Source: Amoebidium appalachense (lineage: Eukaryota > Protista > Ichthyosporea). From it: 64,000 nt of DNA. The stretch covers positions 7,295,264 to 7,359,263 of the forward strand of contig CAVNZM010000006.1 in assembly GCA_963693365.1 (NCBI GenBank), in the 5' to 3' direction. Shown here piece by piece: positions 1-24,999 of the stretch. The notes under the pieces are model-generated. The model had not been told where the DNA came from, did no database searches, and was given only the letters and a program-made list of their open reading frames with translations. Numbering within the stretch: the first letter of the stretch is position 1; each line of letters starts with the position of its first letter. The translations under genes were made by a program, and so were the position numbers.

Positions 1-171
1 CCAAAATCGAGGCAGCCGCAGTATGACTCGGATGCTTGTTTCGTTAGGAAAACCTCTACTACAGAGTCCTCCTCCGTAAGGCTTATTTGCGAAAGAGCAG
101 AAAGGAATCTACATGTGGTATGGAAAAGGCATATAGCCTTGCCAATGGTGTCTCCCTGTGGTAGAGAGCTA

Positions 172-248
172 GCCTTTTTGGCCTAGATGGTTTAGCCATC
201 GGCCTAAGGACACCAAGTGCTCGGGTCCAAATCCCGATGGAGGAGGCC
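172..248 (+). ncRNA. tRNA-like sequence (tRNA pseudogene or tRNA-derived SINE head)
   Basis: A-box-like TGGCCTAGATGG and B-box-like GGGTCCAAATCCC. The 5' GCCTTTT can pair with the 3' AGGAGGC as an acceptor stem, and a T-run follows. The anticodon arm does not fold cleanly. Confidence 0.4.
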
Positions 249-775
249 TTTTTGTGAGCCATACTTCACTACAGAGGGTGCCAGCTCTTGAATAAAAACA
301 TGAAAAAAGGCAGGTTATTATGCGTTTAATCTTCTCTGGCTATGACAACCACAGCTTAGTAAGCCTTTGGAAGTGGCTCCGAAGCCTTAGCTTGACTTGT
401 ACACTTTTTTTTTTTTTTAAATCATGATAGCTTGACCTCTGGCCGGTAGCTCCGGTCCGGCGACCAAACTTTGAGCATTCAATTGCAGTGTCACAAAGTT
501 TCGCGCCAAAATTGATAAATCGACAGAAATGCCCATCAAAAATATGAAACAATAACTATATATGGTAATAGCGCCCCAACGAGCCGTGCACGTCGCGTGC
601 GACAGCCGCTCACAGCGAAAGTTTAGGGCAGCTATGAGTGGTGGAGGGGGGGAGGGTCCAGTTTTCCCCGTTACTTGAATACTATCATAGTAGTTTCACC
701 CTTTGTGGACTACAGACTCTAACGCGTAGTAGTAGACATGACTAATGGTGTCCATTAATATCAGTCTTCGCAGTC

Positions 776-11695
<10,920 letters not shown>

Positions 11696-11889
11696 CCTCA
11701 CCCCCTTCCCCCCCTGCCCCCCCCTTCCCGGGGAGGCGAAAACGGGTCCTGTGGATAACCTAGCCTTCAACCTGAGGATGGGCTCTGCTTATTATTCCTA
11801 TTTTTTTTTGTGTGGTTTGCTCTGCATCGTGTTGTCCATTTGGAATATGTAATTCATACTCCATTGCACCTTCTAACTAACCCCCCCCC

Positions 11890-11920
<31 letters not shown>

Positions 11921-13029
11921 ACACACACACACCACCACCACCACCACCACCACCCACCCACTCACTCACCCACTCACCCACCTGCCACCCTCTCCCCACC
12001 CTTCGCCAAAAAAAAGAAAAAAAAAAGAAAAGGGAAAAAAAAAAAAGAAAAGGAAAAAAAAGCGCGAGAGGTGAAAGAATTGGAAACCCGTTCTTTGTGG
12101 AGCGGGCCCCCCATAATTGTGGGCTTCGAATAAATATCTAGACCTTCATGTTTGGTTTGCGTCTTCGGTTTTTTTGTTTTTTTTTGTGGGGGGGGGGAGA
12201 GGGGGCGGGGGGGGGGGGGGAGGTTGGTGTTTTTTCTTCTCTCTCCCCCCCCTCCCTCTCCCTCTCCCTCTCTCTCTCCCTCCCTCTCCCTCTCCCTCCC
12301 TCCCCCCTCCCTCCCTCCCTCCCTCCCTCCCTCCCTCCCTCCCTCCCTCCCTCCCTCCCTCCCTCCCTCTCTCTCTCCCCCCTATCTCCTTCTCTTTTTG
12401 TGTGTGCGTGCGCGCGCGCGTGTGTGGGGGGGGGAAGGGGGGAGGGGGGGAGGGGGGGAGAGGGGGGGATGCTAAGTCGGATCTTGGACTCCTGCCCGTC
12501 ATGTAAATTTTTTTTTTTAACCCCTGCTCAAGTCTCCGGTGTATTGACTACTCAGGACAAAATCTTTAGAACCGTGAGGTTTATTATGTACAATATGTTG
12601 CCAAGTACATGGCTAATGATCGCATGTGCTATATATGGACCAGCAAACTAAACCGTAGCTACCACATACATGCATATCTAGCATATATACCAAAAGAGGC
12701 TGTTGTATTTGACTTGTGAATCATGGGAAAATAGTTCCTTGCTTGAACATAGTGGCATTGTCTACGTAGATGTTATTGTAAGCAATTTGGAGTGAACGGT
12801 GTAATGATGTAATATCTGCCAGTGTGTTAAGGCAGAGCTGGCAGAACTAAATAGACTCAGAGGGTACTGACGGTGTGTAAGTAGTGGCATATTTGATGTA
12901 AAATCATCAAGCATGATACCTTTCACTAATCTACCGGTTTACATATATACATACAGGGGGAGTTCACCAAACATCCGAGTGTTCCTGTGTGTTCATCCAA
13001 GTGTTCCAAGTTCCTTATTCGAGTTTTTT

Positions 13030-13236
13030 TGGTTGCCTCCGTGGAAGAGAGTGATGACGTGTAGTTGGTGGTGGGGCTGGGTGAAAAACCCAGTTAGCAC
13101 ATTGTTAACCATATATGGGTGTTGTCATGAGGTTCTAATTGGAAGAGGCGTAGAAACTGGTAAACCAGGGGAAAGGGGGAGAGGGGGGGGGGGGGGGGTT
13201 TGTTGGGGGGAGTGGTGGTTGTGGTGGTGTGTGTGT

Positions 13237-13280
<44 letters not shown>

Positions 13281-13404
13281 GGGATCGTTGTGGGGCAAAA
13301 TGCAATGGGCAGGGTTGGGCTCGAGAACGTAGATAAAGGGAAAGAACGTAAAGAATGGGGCTCACGAACGGTCGGATGGGCTGTGTGCTTGTGTGTGTTG
13401 TGGT

Positions 13405-13437
<33 letters not shown>

Positions 13438-13992
13438 GGGGGGGACATTGGGGGGGGGGGGAGGGGAGGGGGGAGATGTAGCTATTGTTCTTTCTTCAGG
13501 AGGTGGGTTGAGTGTGAAGGGACGGGGGGATTGTTGGGGCAAGAGGGGGAGAGAAAGGGAGAGGGCTGTGAGGTGGGGGAGGACAACATCCATCTCTCTC
13601 CTTTCCCCTCCTGGTTTTGACAAAACTCCCCTCCCCCCCCCCCCCCCCCCCCCCACCCACCCACCCACCCACCCCCAAAAAAAAAAATAGAAAAAAAAAA
13701 AAAAAATCTTTTTGTGTTTACTCCAATTGTCTACCCTAGGAGCCTGCCTGTCCTTTTACTTTACATAGGTTCCCGACAACCATACATAAGCTCAGGTCAC
13801 AAATTGCTTCTTTGGTTTTCGACCAAGGTAACTCCCAAACAACCTGTCATTGAAAAGTAAGGGTTTCCAATCTAAATGAAAACGCACACACACCCACACA
13901 CACACACACACACCAAGAAAAAATGGAAGAAAGAAAGAAAAGAAACCCGAAAAAAAAGCAAAAAGGAAATGTGACCCATTGTTAGGCTGTCT

Positions 13993-14048
<56 letters not shown>

Positions 14049-14101
14049 AAAACAAAAACAAAAAGGAATTAAGTACTCTATGATTAGGGGCGGTCCCCCC
14101 C

Positions 14102-14132
<31 letters not shown>

Positions 14133-14510
14133 AAAAAAAAAAAAAGGTGGTATGTCTCTTTAGGCTGCTTTACCCCCCCCCCCCCCCCCCCCCCCCCCAC
14201 CCACCCTCCCCCCCCTCCCCACACACACACACGCCACCACCAACACACATACACACAGCCCTTGCCTTCCCTGTTTCTGTTCCCTCCCTCCCCTCCTGCC
14301 CCCCGTCCCCACCTCCCTCTCCCCCCTCGAACGAAAGGCCGTAGCCAACACGAACCTGTCAGAAATACAATCACACACCACGTGTACACCCACCTGACCG
14401 TGTCTGTCTTTGTGTTTTCCCGGCTGCAGTATTCTCTCTGTGTGACAGACGCAATTGTGACAGCAAAACCCAAGGTTTTCGCAAACGTGGGAGAATTTGG
14501 GGCTCCTCCT
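13030..14510 (-). pseudogene. Truncated third copy of coiled-coil gene A (part of exon 1, intron, part of exon 2)
   Basis: Direct-orientation homology to 20555-21950. Encodes FAKTLGFAVTIASVTQREYCSRENTKTDTV followed by the same cag|gtgggt donor. No ATG-containing 5' end and no exon 3. Confidence 0.7.
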
Positions 14511-15125
14511 TCAGACAATCCAGGAACCAATCAGCACTGGGCTAGAGTTCCTAAATAAAGTAAATGTTTACAGATCTCCGTGCCAGGGGTTGTATTACGA
14601 CCCAAAATCGTCGTATTTACGATTAAGCCCAGGGGATCAATACGACTAACGCTAGGAGGTGCTGTATTGGTTTATCTTAGCAGGCAAATATGCCCCAATA
14701 GTGTATCATGGTGTGCTTTCATACGAAAGTTGGTCTTTTTCTAGGTAAAAAGTGATCAGGTGGCTATTTCTGCACTCAGGAGCGGAATATGAAGCCCTGT
14801 TTTGCCTGTCGGGGTGTAAAATTGCTAACGGAGTGTAAAATTGCAAGAAATTATTCATTGAAATCCGTGATGTAGGAGTTCTATACGAATTCGTAAATGC
14901 AGGCGAACCCCGCCAATACGACTTAAAAAAAAAAATTCTTTTTTTCTTTTGACTGGATTTACGACGGAAAGATACGCAAGTATGCACGGCATACTGAGAA
15001 GACAATAAAAAAACTTCACGAGTTATCCAGTAACAAGTGCATAATGAGATACCTGAACACTGTGTGAAAATCATATAAATACTCAATGTGACGACCAACA
15101 GAATTCAACAAAAAGTCTAAAGTGA

Positions 15126-16440
15126 TCACATTGCCAGCCAGTGTAGCAGACACCCGTAGGGAAAGAGGTAAAACGCGACATAAAAACTCACACCTATCAA
15201 CATGCTAAGGCGATTAAAAGGTTCAGCACAAAAGTGGCACCAGCGGCGATGAAAACAAAAATTACAACGCCACTGCACAACTTCCCAGGCAATATCAACA
15301 TCAGAGCACCATACAGACTTATCTACTAGGGTGGTATCCATACGTACAGCAGGAGAAATGTATCCTGCCAAAGCTCCCAGAAAGCGATAATGATCAGTAC
15401 GGTGTTGCCTAAGGAACATAACACATGCCGAATGAGTTTTACCTTTGATTTCTCTACAGTATCAGAACGAGAAAGAAACTCATACTGCGTATGGTAATAA
15501 CGCGAAAAGGCAGAAAAAACAGGAAGAGAAAATTTAAGAAAGAGGGAGTGAGATAGGGAGAGGAAGAATCAGGTTGAAAGAGGGTAGGCTCAGGACATTC
15601 AGAAGTAGCGTTGGTTAATCGGGGGGGAAGAGGGATGGAGGGATGGGGGGGAAAGAAAGCATAAAGAGGGTGACCATCAGGTATCCTAACTAAATGAAAA
15701 CAAAAACGAAGAGACAATTCCTCCATACGACAAACAGCAGACGACAATCCAAACATACTGATTAAGGGAGGCACAAACCGAGTACGAAACAAAGTGCGCA
15801 GCGCAGTACCCTGAAAATCGTCGAACTCTTTCAGCGCCACGGCCGCCTCGCGAGGTGGGGCGCAGGCCAATAGCGGAAGTCCATATTCGAAAGTCGGCCG
15901 TAAAAAAGTTTTATAGTAGAGAAGAAGGTTCGCAGGATGGATCACAGACTCCCGTTGAAACATATTTGACACGATGTGAAGGTATACCCTTCGCACGAGC
16001 GATCCGTGTCGTGAGGAGCTTGCGGAAATCAATACCCCGTGCAGTAAAAGGAATACCCAAATAGTCATAGGTGCTCTGAACAGGAATAGGAAGACCGGCC
16101 AATCGAAAGGAAGCGTTTTTCGAAAAAGTAGCACACTTTGCAATTCCGACTGTCATGATATTCTCGGTGCACCATTGATCCACCTGACGAAGCATCTGGT
16201 GCATGACATCTTCGGTTAAGGAACAAAGAACAATATCGTCCGCAAAAAGGAAACCCGGTACACGGCGGGTATGCACTTGGCCAAAGGGTTCGAGGGCGCA
16301 GGCTAAATCGTCAATGAAAACGTCAAACAACAACGGACTCAGGAGGGACCCCTGCAGAAGACCCCGATCGCGAGAACGGGAAAAACCGGGTGTTAATGTT
16401 CCATTGACCGCCGCTCGTCCGCGAGTGGTATCGAACAGCG
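15126..16440 (-). mobile_element. Decayed non-LTR (LINE) retrotransposon 3' fragment: RT C-terminal half and Cys/His tail
   Basis: Minus-strand peptides RGLLQGSLLSPLLFDVFIDDL, FLFADDIVL, YDYLGIPF, YKTFLRPTFEYGL and CHFCAEPFNR are spread over several frames by frameshifts. Confidence 0.85.
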
Positions 16441-17008
16441 CTTGCAGAAGACGGCCAAAGGGGAAAAAAAAAGTTGGAACGCTTCACGTTTTTGTGTGTC
16501 ATCCTTGCGTAAAAGATTTCGACAATACGATTTCGTTTTGGTTAAAACGGGTAGCGCAGCCAAACCCCCACAACCCCTGGCTCCGTGCCCTCACATGTCT
16601 ACCCTCGTGGCCAAGACGATGTCAAACCGGACTCGGGGCTCAAATAAAACTAGACATTATTTGGCCGATAATTTGCTGTTTAGCCTTCTGATTTCCTCTT
16701 TTGTTCGGCATTCTGCTTTCGCTGCATCTTTTCTGAAAAAATAAAATGTTGCCACTCCATGGCCGCCCGGCTATGTAGTGGCCACGGGGTGATTCCCGGA
16801 ATCTAGGTCGGCATGCAGAAAACCCCATGAGCCACATTCCAAGATGACAGTCATTATCCTTACATTCCAGAGACTCGGAGCTCGGGTATATAGCGCCCCT
16901 AGTCACTCCTCTTATCAGATCATCAAGGAACAGAACCAAGCGGCAAGAATACAGCTCAAATCAGCCACTACTAATATTCCACGTAAACACAAACACAAGG
17001 TGCAAAAA

Positions 17009-17643
17009 ATGCTCGCCAGCAGCAATATATTCTCCTCCCTCGCCCTCCTTGCCGCCAGCGCGTCTCTGGCATGTGTGATGGGCCAGTCCATCTTGCAGTG
17101 CACAATCGTGATTACACAGGGCTTCACGCTGCAGTCCGTCGAGATTTCAGTCCACAACCCCGCCACCTCCACCACAGAAACCCTCAAAGTCACGCCCAAG
17201 TCAGGCCAGGTCGCCTACGCAACCATCAACGCACCGTACGGCCATGACGTCACCGTCTACTCCGTCTACGACCAGTCCACACTTTCTACCCGGCCCAACG
17301 GAACCAACCCGGCCTACTCGGACACAGTCACGTGGGTGGGGTTCACGCACAAAAACTACAGCACGGGGGCGTGTTTGGATGCGTCTTCCCTCTCGCAGTA
17401 CCTCCCAAGCGGTGGGCTGACGTATGCGGACGAGCAGAGGGAAGACCCCTACACGGAGAACATGTGCACGTTGCACACGCGGACAACGGCAGCCTGAGCA
17501 CGGCCGCGAACAGGTTCCAGCTGGCGTTCCACTGGTTCAACGGCACACTCTACCCCGGCACCTGTGGGCCTAACACCATCCACGGCACCGCACCAGTGAC
17601 GCAGTGTATCGTGCCGGATGTGCTCCTGGGTGTGGAGCAATAA
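17009..17643 (+). pseudogene. Secreted protein, copy 1 (net +2 frameshift near 17465)
   Basis: Colinear with 27380-28012 (635 vs 633 nt). The N-terminal part is in ORF 16844-17497 and the C-terminal ..FQLAFHWFNGTLYPG..VLLGVEQ* is in ORF 17332-17643. The indel is atgtgcacgttgcacac vs atggatgttgcacac. Confidence 0.8.
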
Positions 17644-18254
17644 GGTTTTTGGGGCCACTACTATACTATACATCTATCAGTAGTAGTAGCCGAGCTCAAT
17701 TGTGGCTGGTACCCGTGAACATTTGATAGTATTATGAGTGGTGGACCGATCGACGTAACTGTACATAGCTACGGCATATATATTAGTACTACAGAGAGTC
17801 TGTAAGTTGAGCTTAATTGTAATTTACGGGCATATTTAGATACTTTACATTTGTATATACATAATATATCTTAAACTGTGCAGATATGATAATTAGTCTA
17901 GACCGAATTAATGTGTATACTACTATGTAGCCTGTGTTGTGCATAGTCCATTTGAGAGTGTGTTTATTGCATGGGTGGCAGATGTCTATGAACTCCGGAG
18001 CTCATTACGGACATTGTGTAGTGGCAGATTTAATGCTTCAAGTGTGATAGCTTCCGCAGTATCACTATACATACAGTGAGAATCCTTCAAACATCTGAGT
18101 GCTAATAAACTATAATAACCTAAAGAAGTACGGCACGTCTGGCGCTCTCGGGGAGGCAGAGAGAGATATGTATTGAATCAATTGAGCTGTTGTGGTGAGG
18201 GGTAAACATGAACACATGTCTACTCTTTTGTTTACTAGGTGCACACACACACAC

Positions 18255-18316
<62 letters not shown>

Positions 18317-18334
18317 TGTGTGTGTGTGTGTGTG

Positions 18335-18453
<119 letters not shown>

Positions 18454-19411
18454 TATATATATATATACTATATATATATATACTATATATATATGTGTAT
18501 GTATGTATATATATATTGGGTTCTGTTCAAATCGGACAAACCGAACCCAAAGATCACCGTAGTCAGGTAGCGGAGGAAACGGTAACTGGGACCAAGAGGG
18601 AAAACGATAAAAACGGTAAGGGTGGGTGGGTGGGTGGGTGGGTGGGTGGGTGGGTGGGTGGGTGGGTGGGTGGTGGTGGTGATGGTTTTTTTTTTTTTTT
18701 TTTTTTTGGGGGGGGGGGGGGGGGGGGAGAAGGGGAGGAGGGGGGGGGGGAGGGGGATGGGGGGAGCAGGGGGACCGGGGGGGGGGGGGGGGTGCGAGAT
18801 ATTGACGTTTAAAGTTCGCCTGTATTTTTGAGAGGCCGCCAAATCAACTGCCAGTCATTTCGCAAATTCACCATGGAATCTCCGTATTATAATCGGAGAA
18901 CCTAAACAAGGGTGTGGGTTGAACTTGTACGGTTGGTGTATCAGGCTCAGGTGTGGCCGGAACCTACACCTAAAAAAGACCATAAACAAATAACCTAGCG
19001 TCGGAACTAAAATGGTAAAAAGCTGGACGAGATCATTGGTCTAAAAGGGGAGGGGAAAAAAAAAAAAAAAAAAAAAGTGAAAGCAAAAAGTGGCTGCATA
19101 GCCCGCTCTGAATGATAGGGCTGTCTGTTAAATCAAATAACTCAACATGCACATCAGGTTTCTTTCTTTCTTTCTTTCTTTTCATTTCTTTCGATTTCTT
19201 TCTTTTTTTTTACCTTTTTTTTTTTGGTGATCATTGAATTGAGCACATTTGTTATGTGTTTCCAAACTTTCAGACTCCTAGGTATCTTTACAATGTGTCT
19301 GTGTTTTAATGTGCAGAGAAAAACCACTAACCCATATACCGTAACACAGTCAGATATGCAACAATAGTCCATCATTTCATCGCTCCCACTGAACAGTCTA
19401 CGATTCAAACA

Positions 19412-20091
19412 TCACACGAATAGATTTTTCACGTTTCGAAACAAGCGGCTGAACTCCCCAACCTCACTCTGTAACTTCTTCTGCCACTCCCTCGTTTCTG
19501 ACATCCACAGTTCCGTTTTTTCCTCATTTTTTGCCATAACACGGTTCACGCTCTCCAGCTCCCTCTTTAATTTCCGGTGTTCCTCTTTCATTTCATGAAT
19601 TTCTTTTGCAATCACTGTGTTTGCAGCATTGACAATGGCTCTCATCTCTGTCACCTCCTTTTTCACTCTCTCCTGCTCCTCTTTAACTTCAACGCACCTC
19701 TTTGCATCTCCTCGTTTTTAACTCTCATATCACCCGTGGTCTCGTTCCCTCTGATTTTTTCTTTGTCCAGGCCGGAGGGGATAATGGGTGGTGTAGGCGG
19801 GGTGTATTTGATGAAAATCTTGATGGGGTTTTTGGAACCACTGGTGATGGTGACAGTCATTGAAAGAAAACAAAAAAAATCTCGGTCAGAGACAGGGGGG
19901 CATATGCACTGATAATCGCTGGAATATCTACGTTGCATGAATTCATTTACTGCAACCCCCCCCCCCCCCCCCCCCCCCAAGATCCTCCTAGTGTGGTGTG
20001 ATAAATACGATTGGGACCCGAGGAGGAACCGGGGGGGAGGAGGGAACAGGGGGAGAGGGAGGGGGGGGGGGGGGGAGGGGGGGGGGGGGGG

Positions 20092-20128
<37 letters not shown>

Positions 20129-20863
20129 GGAAAAGACATGCAGCATAGCTTGTGATAGTTGACGAAATGAAAGTATATAGGAAGTGGAGGTCCATGCCAC
20201 ATGCCTACACTGTGTGCGGGTAACCATTTATGCACACGCACACGCACACGCAGCATGTGCGCACGCACACGAACACACACACGCACGCACACATGCACTC
20301 GCACACACACGCATACACCCACCTTTCCCCCCATTATACTTAGCTGTGGATGCAGCTATCTATGGCTCGGAAGAAGGGGGAGGGAACTATGAGGTAGAAA
20401 AGGAATAAGACCATGGTGGTCCCGCTCACGGTGTGTTTTAAGTAGGGAGGGAGGGAGGGAGGGGGGGGGGGGGGGGGGGTTTCTGTTCAAGATAGCGGTA
20501 CCTGTGTCTTTGAGATTCCCAGGCTCCTCATTTGAGTTGGAGCCGGTTGCCTCGGTGGAAGATGGGGATGGACTTGTGGCTGGTGGTGGGGCTGGGGAAC
20601 AAACCCAGTTAGAACTTTGTTAACCATATATGGGTGTTGTCATGAGGCGTTTATTGGAAGAGGCGTAGAATCTGATATGCAAGGGAAAGGGGGTGGGTGG
20701 GGGGGGGGGGGGGGGGGGGGGGGGGGAGGGGGGGGGGGGGGGGAGGATCGTTGTGGGCCGAAAAGCAGTGGGCAGGGTTGAGCTCGGGAGGGTAGATAAA
20801 GGGAAAGAGGGTAAAGAATGGTGCTCTCGAACGGTCGAATGGGCTGTGTGCTTGTGTGTGTCT

Positions 20864-20921
<58 letters not shown>

Positions 20922-21164
20922 GGAGGGGCGGGGGGAGGGGGGGGGGGGGGAGGAGTAACTATTGTTCAGGGGGTGGGGTGGGGGTGGAGGGACGGGGGGA
21001 TTGTTGGGGCACGAGCGGAAGGGAAAATGGAAGGGCTGTGGGGTGGGGGTGGACAACATCTATCTCTGCCCTTCCCCCTCCTCGTTTTGGCGACACTTCT
21101 CCCCCCCTCCCCCCCTCCCCCTCCCCCCCCCCAAAAAAAAAAAGTTTTTGTGACTCCCCTTCCC

Positions 21165-21206
<42 letters not shown>

Positions 21207-22123
21207 ACCCCAAAAAAGTTGTTTTTGTGACTCCCAATGACCCTACCATAGGAGCCTGCTTGTCCTTGAACTTTTAAATAGGTCCAGGACAACCATATAG
21301 TGGGTCAGGTCACAAAATGCTTTGGTTTTCGATCAAGGTAGCTTCAAACTACCTGTATTTGAGAATTAAGCTTTTCCAATTCTAAAATGAACGGGCTCAC
21401 AAGCGCACACGAAAAAAAAAAAAAAAAAGGAAAGAAAGAAAGGCAAGAAAAGAAAATATCTAAATTAAAGAATGAAATATCCATACATTGTACCCCCCCC
21501 CCCCCCCCCTCCCCCCCCCCCCACCCCCCCCGTCCCTCCCCCCCCCCCCCCCCCCAAAAAAAAAAAAAAAAAAAAAAAAAGAAGAAAGAAAGAAAGAAAG
21601 AAAAGACATGCACTATCGGTAGGCCATTTGAGGCCCCCCCCCTTCCCCCCTCCCCCTCCCCCTCTCCCCCCCCCCCCCCCCCCCCCTTCTCCCAAAAAAA
21701 CATAAAATAAAATAAAAAACCCTCCCCTCCCCTACCCCCTCCCCCCCCCTCCCCCAATCAAATTAACGTGAAAGACCCGTGCTTCAACAAGACCCTGTCA
21801 GCAATACTTTGAAAAACACGTCTACACCCACCTGCCCGTGTCTGTCTTTGTGTTTTTCCCGCTGCAGTACCCTCTCTGTGTGAGACTCTGAGACACACTC
21901 GCAACAGCACCATCCGATGTATGCACAAACCTGGGAGAATTTGGGGCTGTGTGGGAGAGGAGTGTAGGTGCGGTTATGTAGGAGCGGCAGGGAAGAGGGG
22001 TGGCTTCGGTGGCGGTGGTGAGAACCCGTGTGAGGGTTTGTGTTAATGGTTGGTGCATACGGGGGGCGAAGAGAGATGGACAGGTTCGGGCAAGAGCAGG
22101 AAAGCGGGGAAGAAGAGAGCCAT
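19412..22123 (-). pseudogene. Coiled-coil gene A, disabled copy
   Basis: Paralogue of 37308-40307. It has a frameshift shortly after the ATG at 22123, an exon-3 acceptor changed from AG to AA at ~19860, and a frameshift near 19690 that splits the coiled coil (ORFs 19663-20334 and 19412-19666). Confidence 0.75.
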
Positions 22124-22297
22124 GGTACGGGCATATAGCGGTATATATTCTCAGTTTCACTTCTCAAGTTCTTTTTTTGTTTTCATTCCCCTACTTCTCT
22201 CTCTTCTCCTTCTCGTCTTTGGCTAAAGTTTCGTGCCTACTGAAAGCCAAAAAAAAAAATGGTGGGACAGGGAGAAGGTTAGATACCCACATGAAAT

Positions 22298-22400
<103 letters not shown>

Positions 22401-22439
22401 TTTTTTTATTTTCTTGATAAACTTCGACACTGACATATA

Positions 22440-22810
22440 TGTCTGGAAGGAATGAGGACCAAGTTATAACAAAGGTTGCCCTTTGACGTTTCAAAAATCC
22501 ACAGCCATCTGTTACATAACTGCCCGAAACAGGTTACAGAGTTGCAGACATACACCGAAATGACGTACACATAGACAAAAACAACACTCCAGCACACGAC
22601 AAACAGGGCCTGTGAAGTGACGTACGATCGTGTATTTTTGAGCGTTCTTTCTTGAGCTTTGACATAGCTTACAGACAGATGCCTGCCAACCGGCATTCAA
22701 ACACGATATTTTAGCTCCGTTTCGGTTTTTGATGCTGCAGGTGTCATATATCCAGGTGCGCACCTCCCAAAAAAGAAAGAAAAGACATCTCTCGATCAAA
22801 CACCGAAGGC
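22440..22810. promoter_or_regulatory. Putative bidirectional promoter between head-to-head genes A and B
   Basis: Non-repetitive block between the divergent ATGs at 22123(-) and 23148(+). It is conserved in inverted orientation at ~36830-37070 (e.g. cgtacgatcgtgtatttttg, acagccatctgt, acgatatttagctccgtttcggtttt-like motifs). Confidence 0.4.
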
Positions 22811-23096
22811 ATCAATAAAACAAAAAAGAAGAAGCTTAAGGGGGAAAAAAAGAAAGAAAGAAAGAGGGAAAAAAAACGAAGCTACAGAAAAGCATCTTTC
22901 ACACTCAACGTCAAAACACTCTCCAAAAGAAGAGGCCTTCGAAAGGGAAAAGGGGGGGGGGGGAAGGAAAAAGAAAGGGAAAAAGAAAAAGAAAAGAAAG
23001 AAAGAAAGAAAAAGAACAAGTATAGTCCACATATTACTGACCGAGATAGAGAATAGGATCACCGTGCAGACCTACCCTACAAATCTTCACATATTG

Positions 23097-23131
<35 letters not shown>

Positions 23132-23147
23132 GCTCCCCAACAAAAAT

Positions 23148-23549
23148 ATGGCATTTCTCTTTCTTCGTTCTTTCATCACATTTCGGGCCCTCCCTCCCTC
23201 CATCCACCACCCAGCCTTTCCTCTTCCCCCCACACGAGCTTTCTTCGTAGCCACCAATATACACCCACAGTATTCTTCAAACAAACCACACCTTTTTCGA
23301 CTCTTCCCCCGTGCTGTACGCACTTTTGCAACTCCGCTTGGGTCGACCCGGAGGGAGATTGCAAGTGATGTGCAGAGGGGATATTGCTCTGAAAAAACCA
23401 ACGCGAAGAAGAAAACGGACAGGTAGGTGTGTGTTTGGACCAAATTAACATGATTGACACATGTATTCTTTTTCGGTGCCTTTTTTATTATTATTAACAT
23501 TCGCTGTCCGTCATACGGCTGTTTTCTCCTTTCTTTCTTTCTTTCTTTT

Positions 23550-23589
<40 letters not shown>

Positions 23590-24343
23590 GGCATCCACAA
23601 TACAAGGGGTTTTGAGAAAGAGTGGGGTTGGGGGGGGGGGGGGGGAGGGGGGGGAAAAAGGGAAAGAGAGCTAGAGACGTGTGTTGGAGGGGGAAGGGGG
23701 GATGGAAGAGGAAAAGGGGGGGAGAGGAGGGGAAGGGATAGTGGGCGGAGGGGGGGGGGGGGGGGGGGGGAAGGGGAGGGGGGGAGGGCGTAGGGAGGAG
23801 GGGGGGGGAAGGGGGAGGGGGGAGCAGGTTTCTACAGAAATACTAATGGTAGTGCTAATAGAAAATACGAAAAGAGGAAGACAAACGTGTATTGAAATAG
23901 GAGAGGAGGGAGTACACCACGTCGTGATTCTGTTACTGAATGGTGGGTTCTGGGGCCCATAGGCATATGAGAGAGGAATGGGTTCGGGGATGGACGTTCT
24001 GTCGAGTGCACACACCCTCCTTCCCCTTTTGTCACCGAATCCCCCCCCCCCCCCCCCCCCCCCCCTCCCCCCCCTCCCCTGAGCTCAACCGGGGGTGCCC
24101 GGTTACCTAAACCTCTTCTTGTGCATCCACAGAGTTTATCTATGTTTTTGGTATTACTGGCCCATATTTGGTGTTAATAGCCTGTCTTCTCGAGCAGCCC
24201 CCTGATACCCAACACCGGCAAATTGTCCTCCACTGAGACAACCATTCGGGCCCAAGAGTTTGTAAAGAAAGACACAGGTACTCTCTGTTCAAATGAGCCC
24301 CCCCCCCCCCCCCCCCTACCCCCTCCCCTCCCCCCTTCCCCTC

Positions 24344-24374
<31 letters not shown>

Positions 24375-24963
24375 AAGCACACACACACACACACACACAA
24401 AGAAAACCCCCTGTATACCTCTCCGAGGCTCCCAATCCCCCCCCCCCCCTTTCTTCCACACCCACCCACCCACCCACCCACCCAACCCATTTCCTCCCCC
24501 TTGCCCCTGCTTCGAAAAGCTCCCTCATCCATTCTTCCATCCGCTCCCTGCCCTCGTCAATGATTAGAAACCCCCCTAAAACAAAACAATTCACCTTTGG
24601 TTATTGGCTGCGAGAACCTTTTGGCCGGCTGGAGGGGAGGGGGGAGGGGGGGAGGGGAGAAAGGAGGTGGGGGGGGGAAGGAAGAGGGGGCGCGGGGGGG
24701 GGGGGGGGGGGGGTATGTGATAAGCCCAAATAATGCATCCAGAGTATTCCCCCTCAAAACTGTTCTTCCCACGGTCACCAGAAAGCCCCCCCCCCCCCCC
24801 CCCCCCTCCCCCCCCCCCCTCCCCCCCCCCCCCCCCGTCTCCCCTCTTCTCCTGAACACCCACCCACCCACCCTCCCTCCCTCCCCCATCCCCACCTGGT
24901 CCACCACAAAGCAAACACACACAGGGGCAAAATAGAAAACAAAAAAATGCATTTTGCCCCCAA

Positions 24964-24999
<36 letters not shown>

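Noticed and set aside
16560-16720. Possible endonuclease N-terminus (RFDIVLAT) of the decayed minus-strand LINE
   Set aside because: Too short and interrupted by stops to support a domain call.
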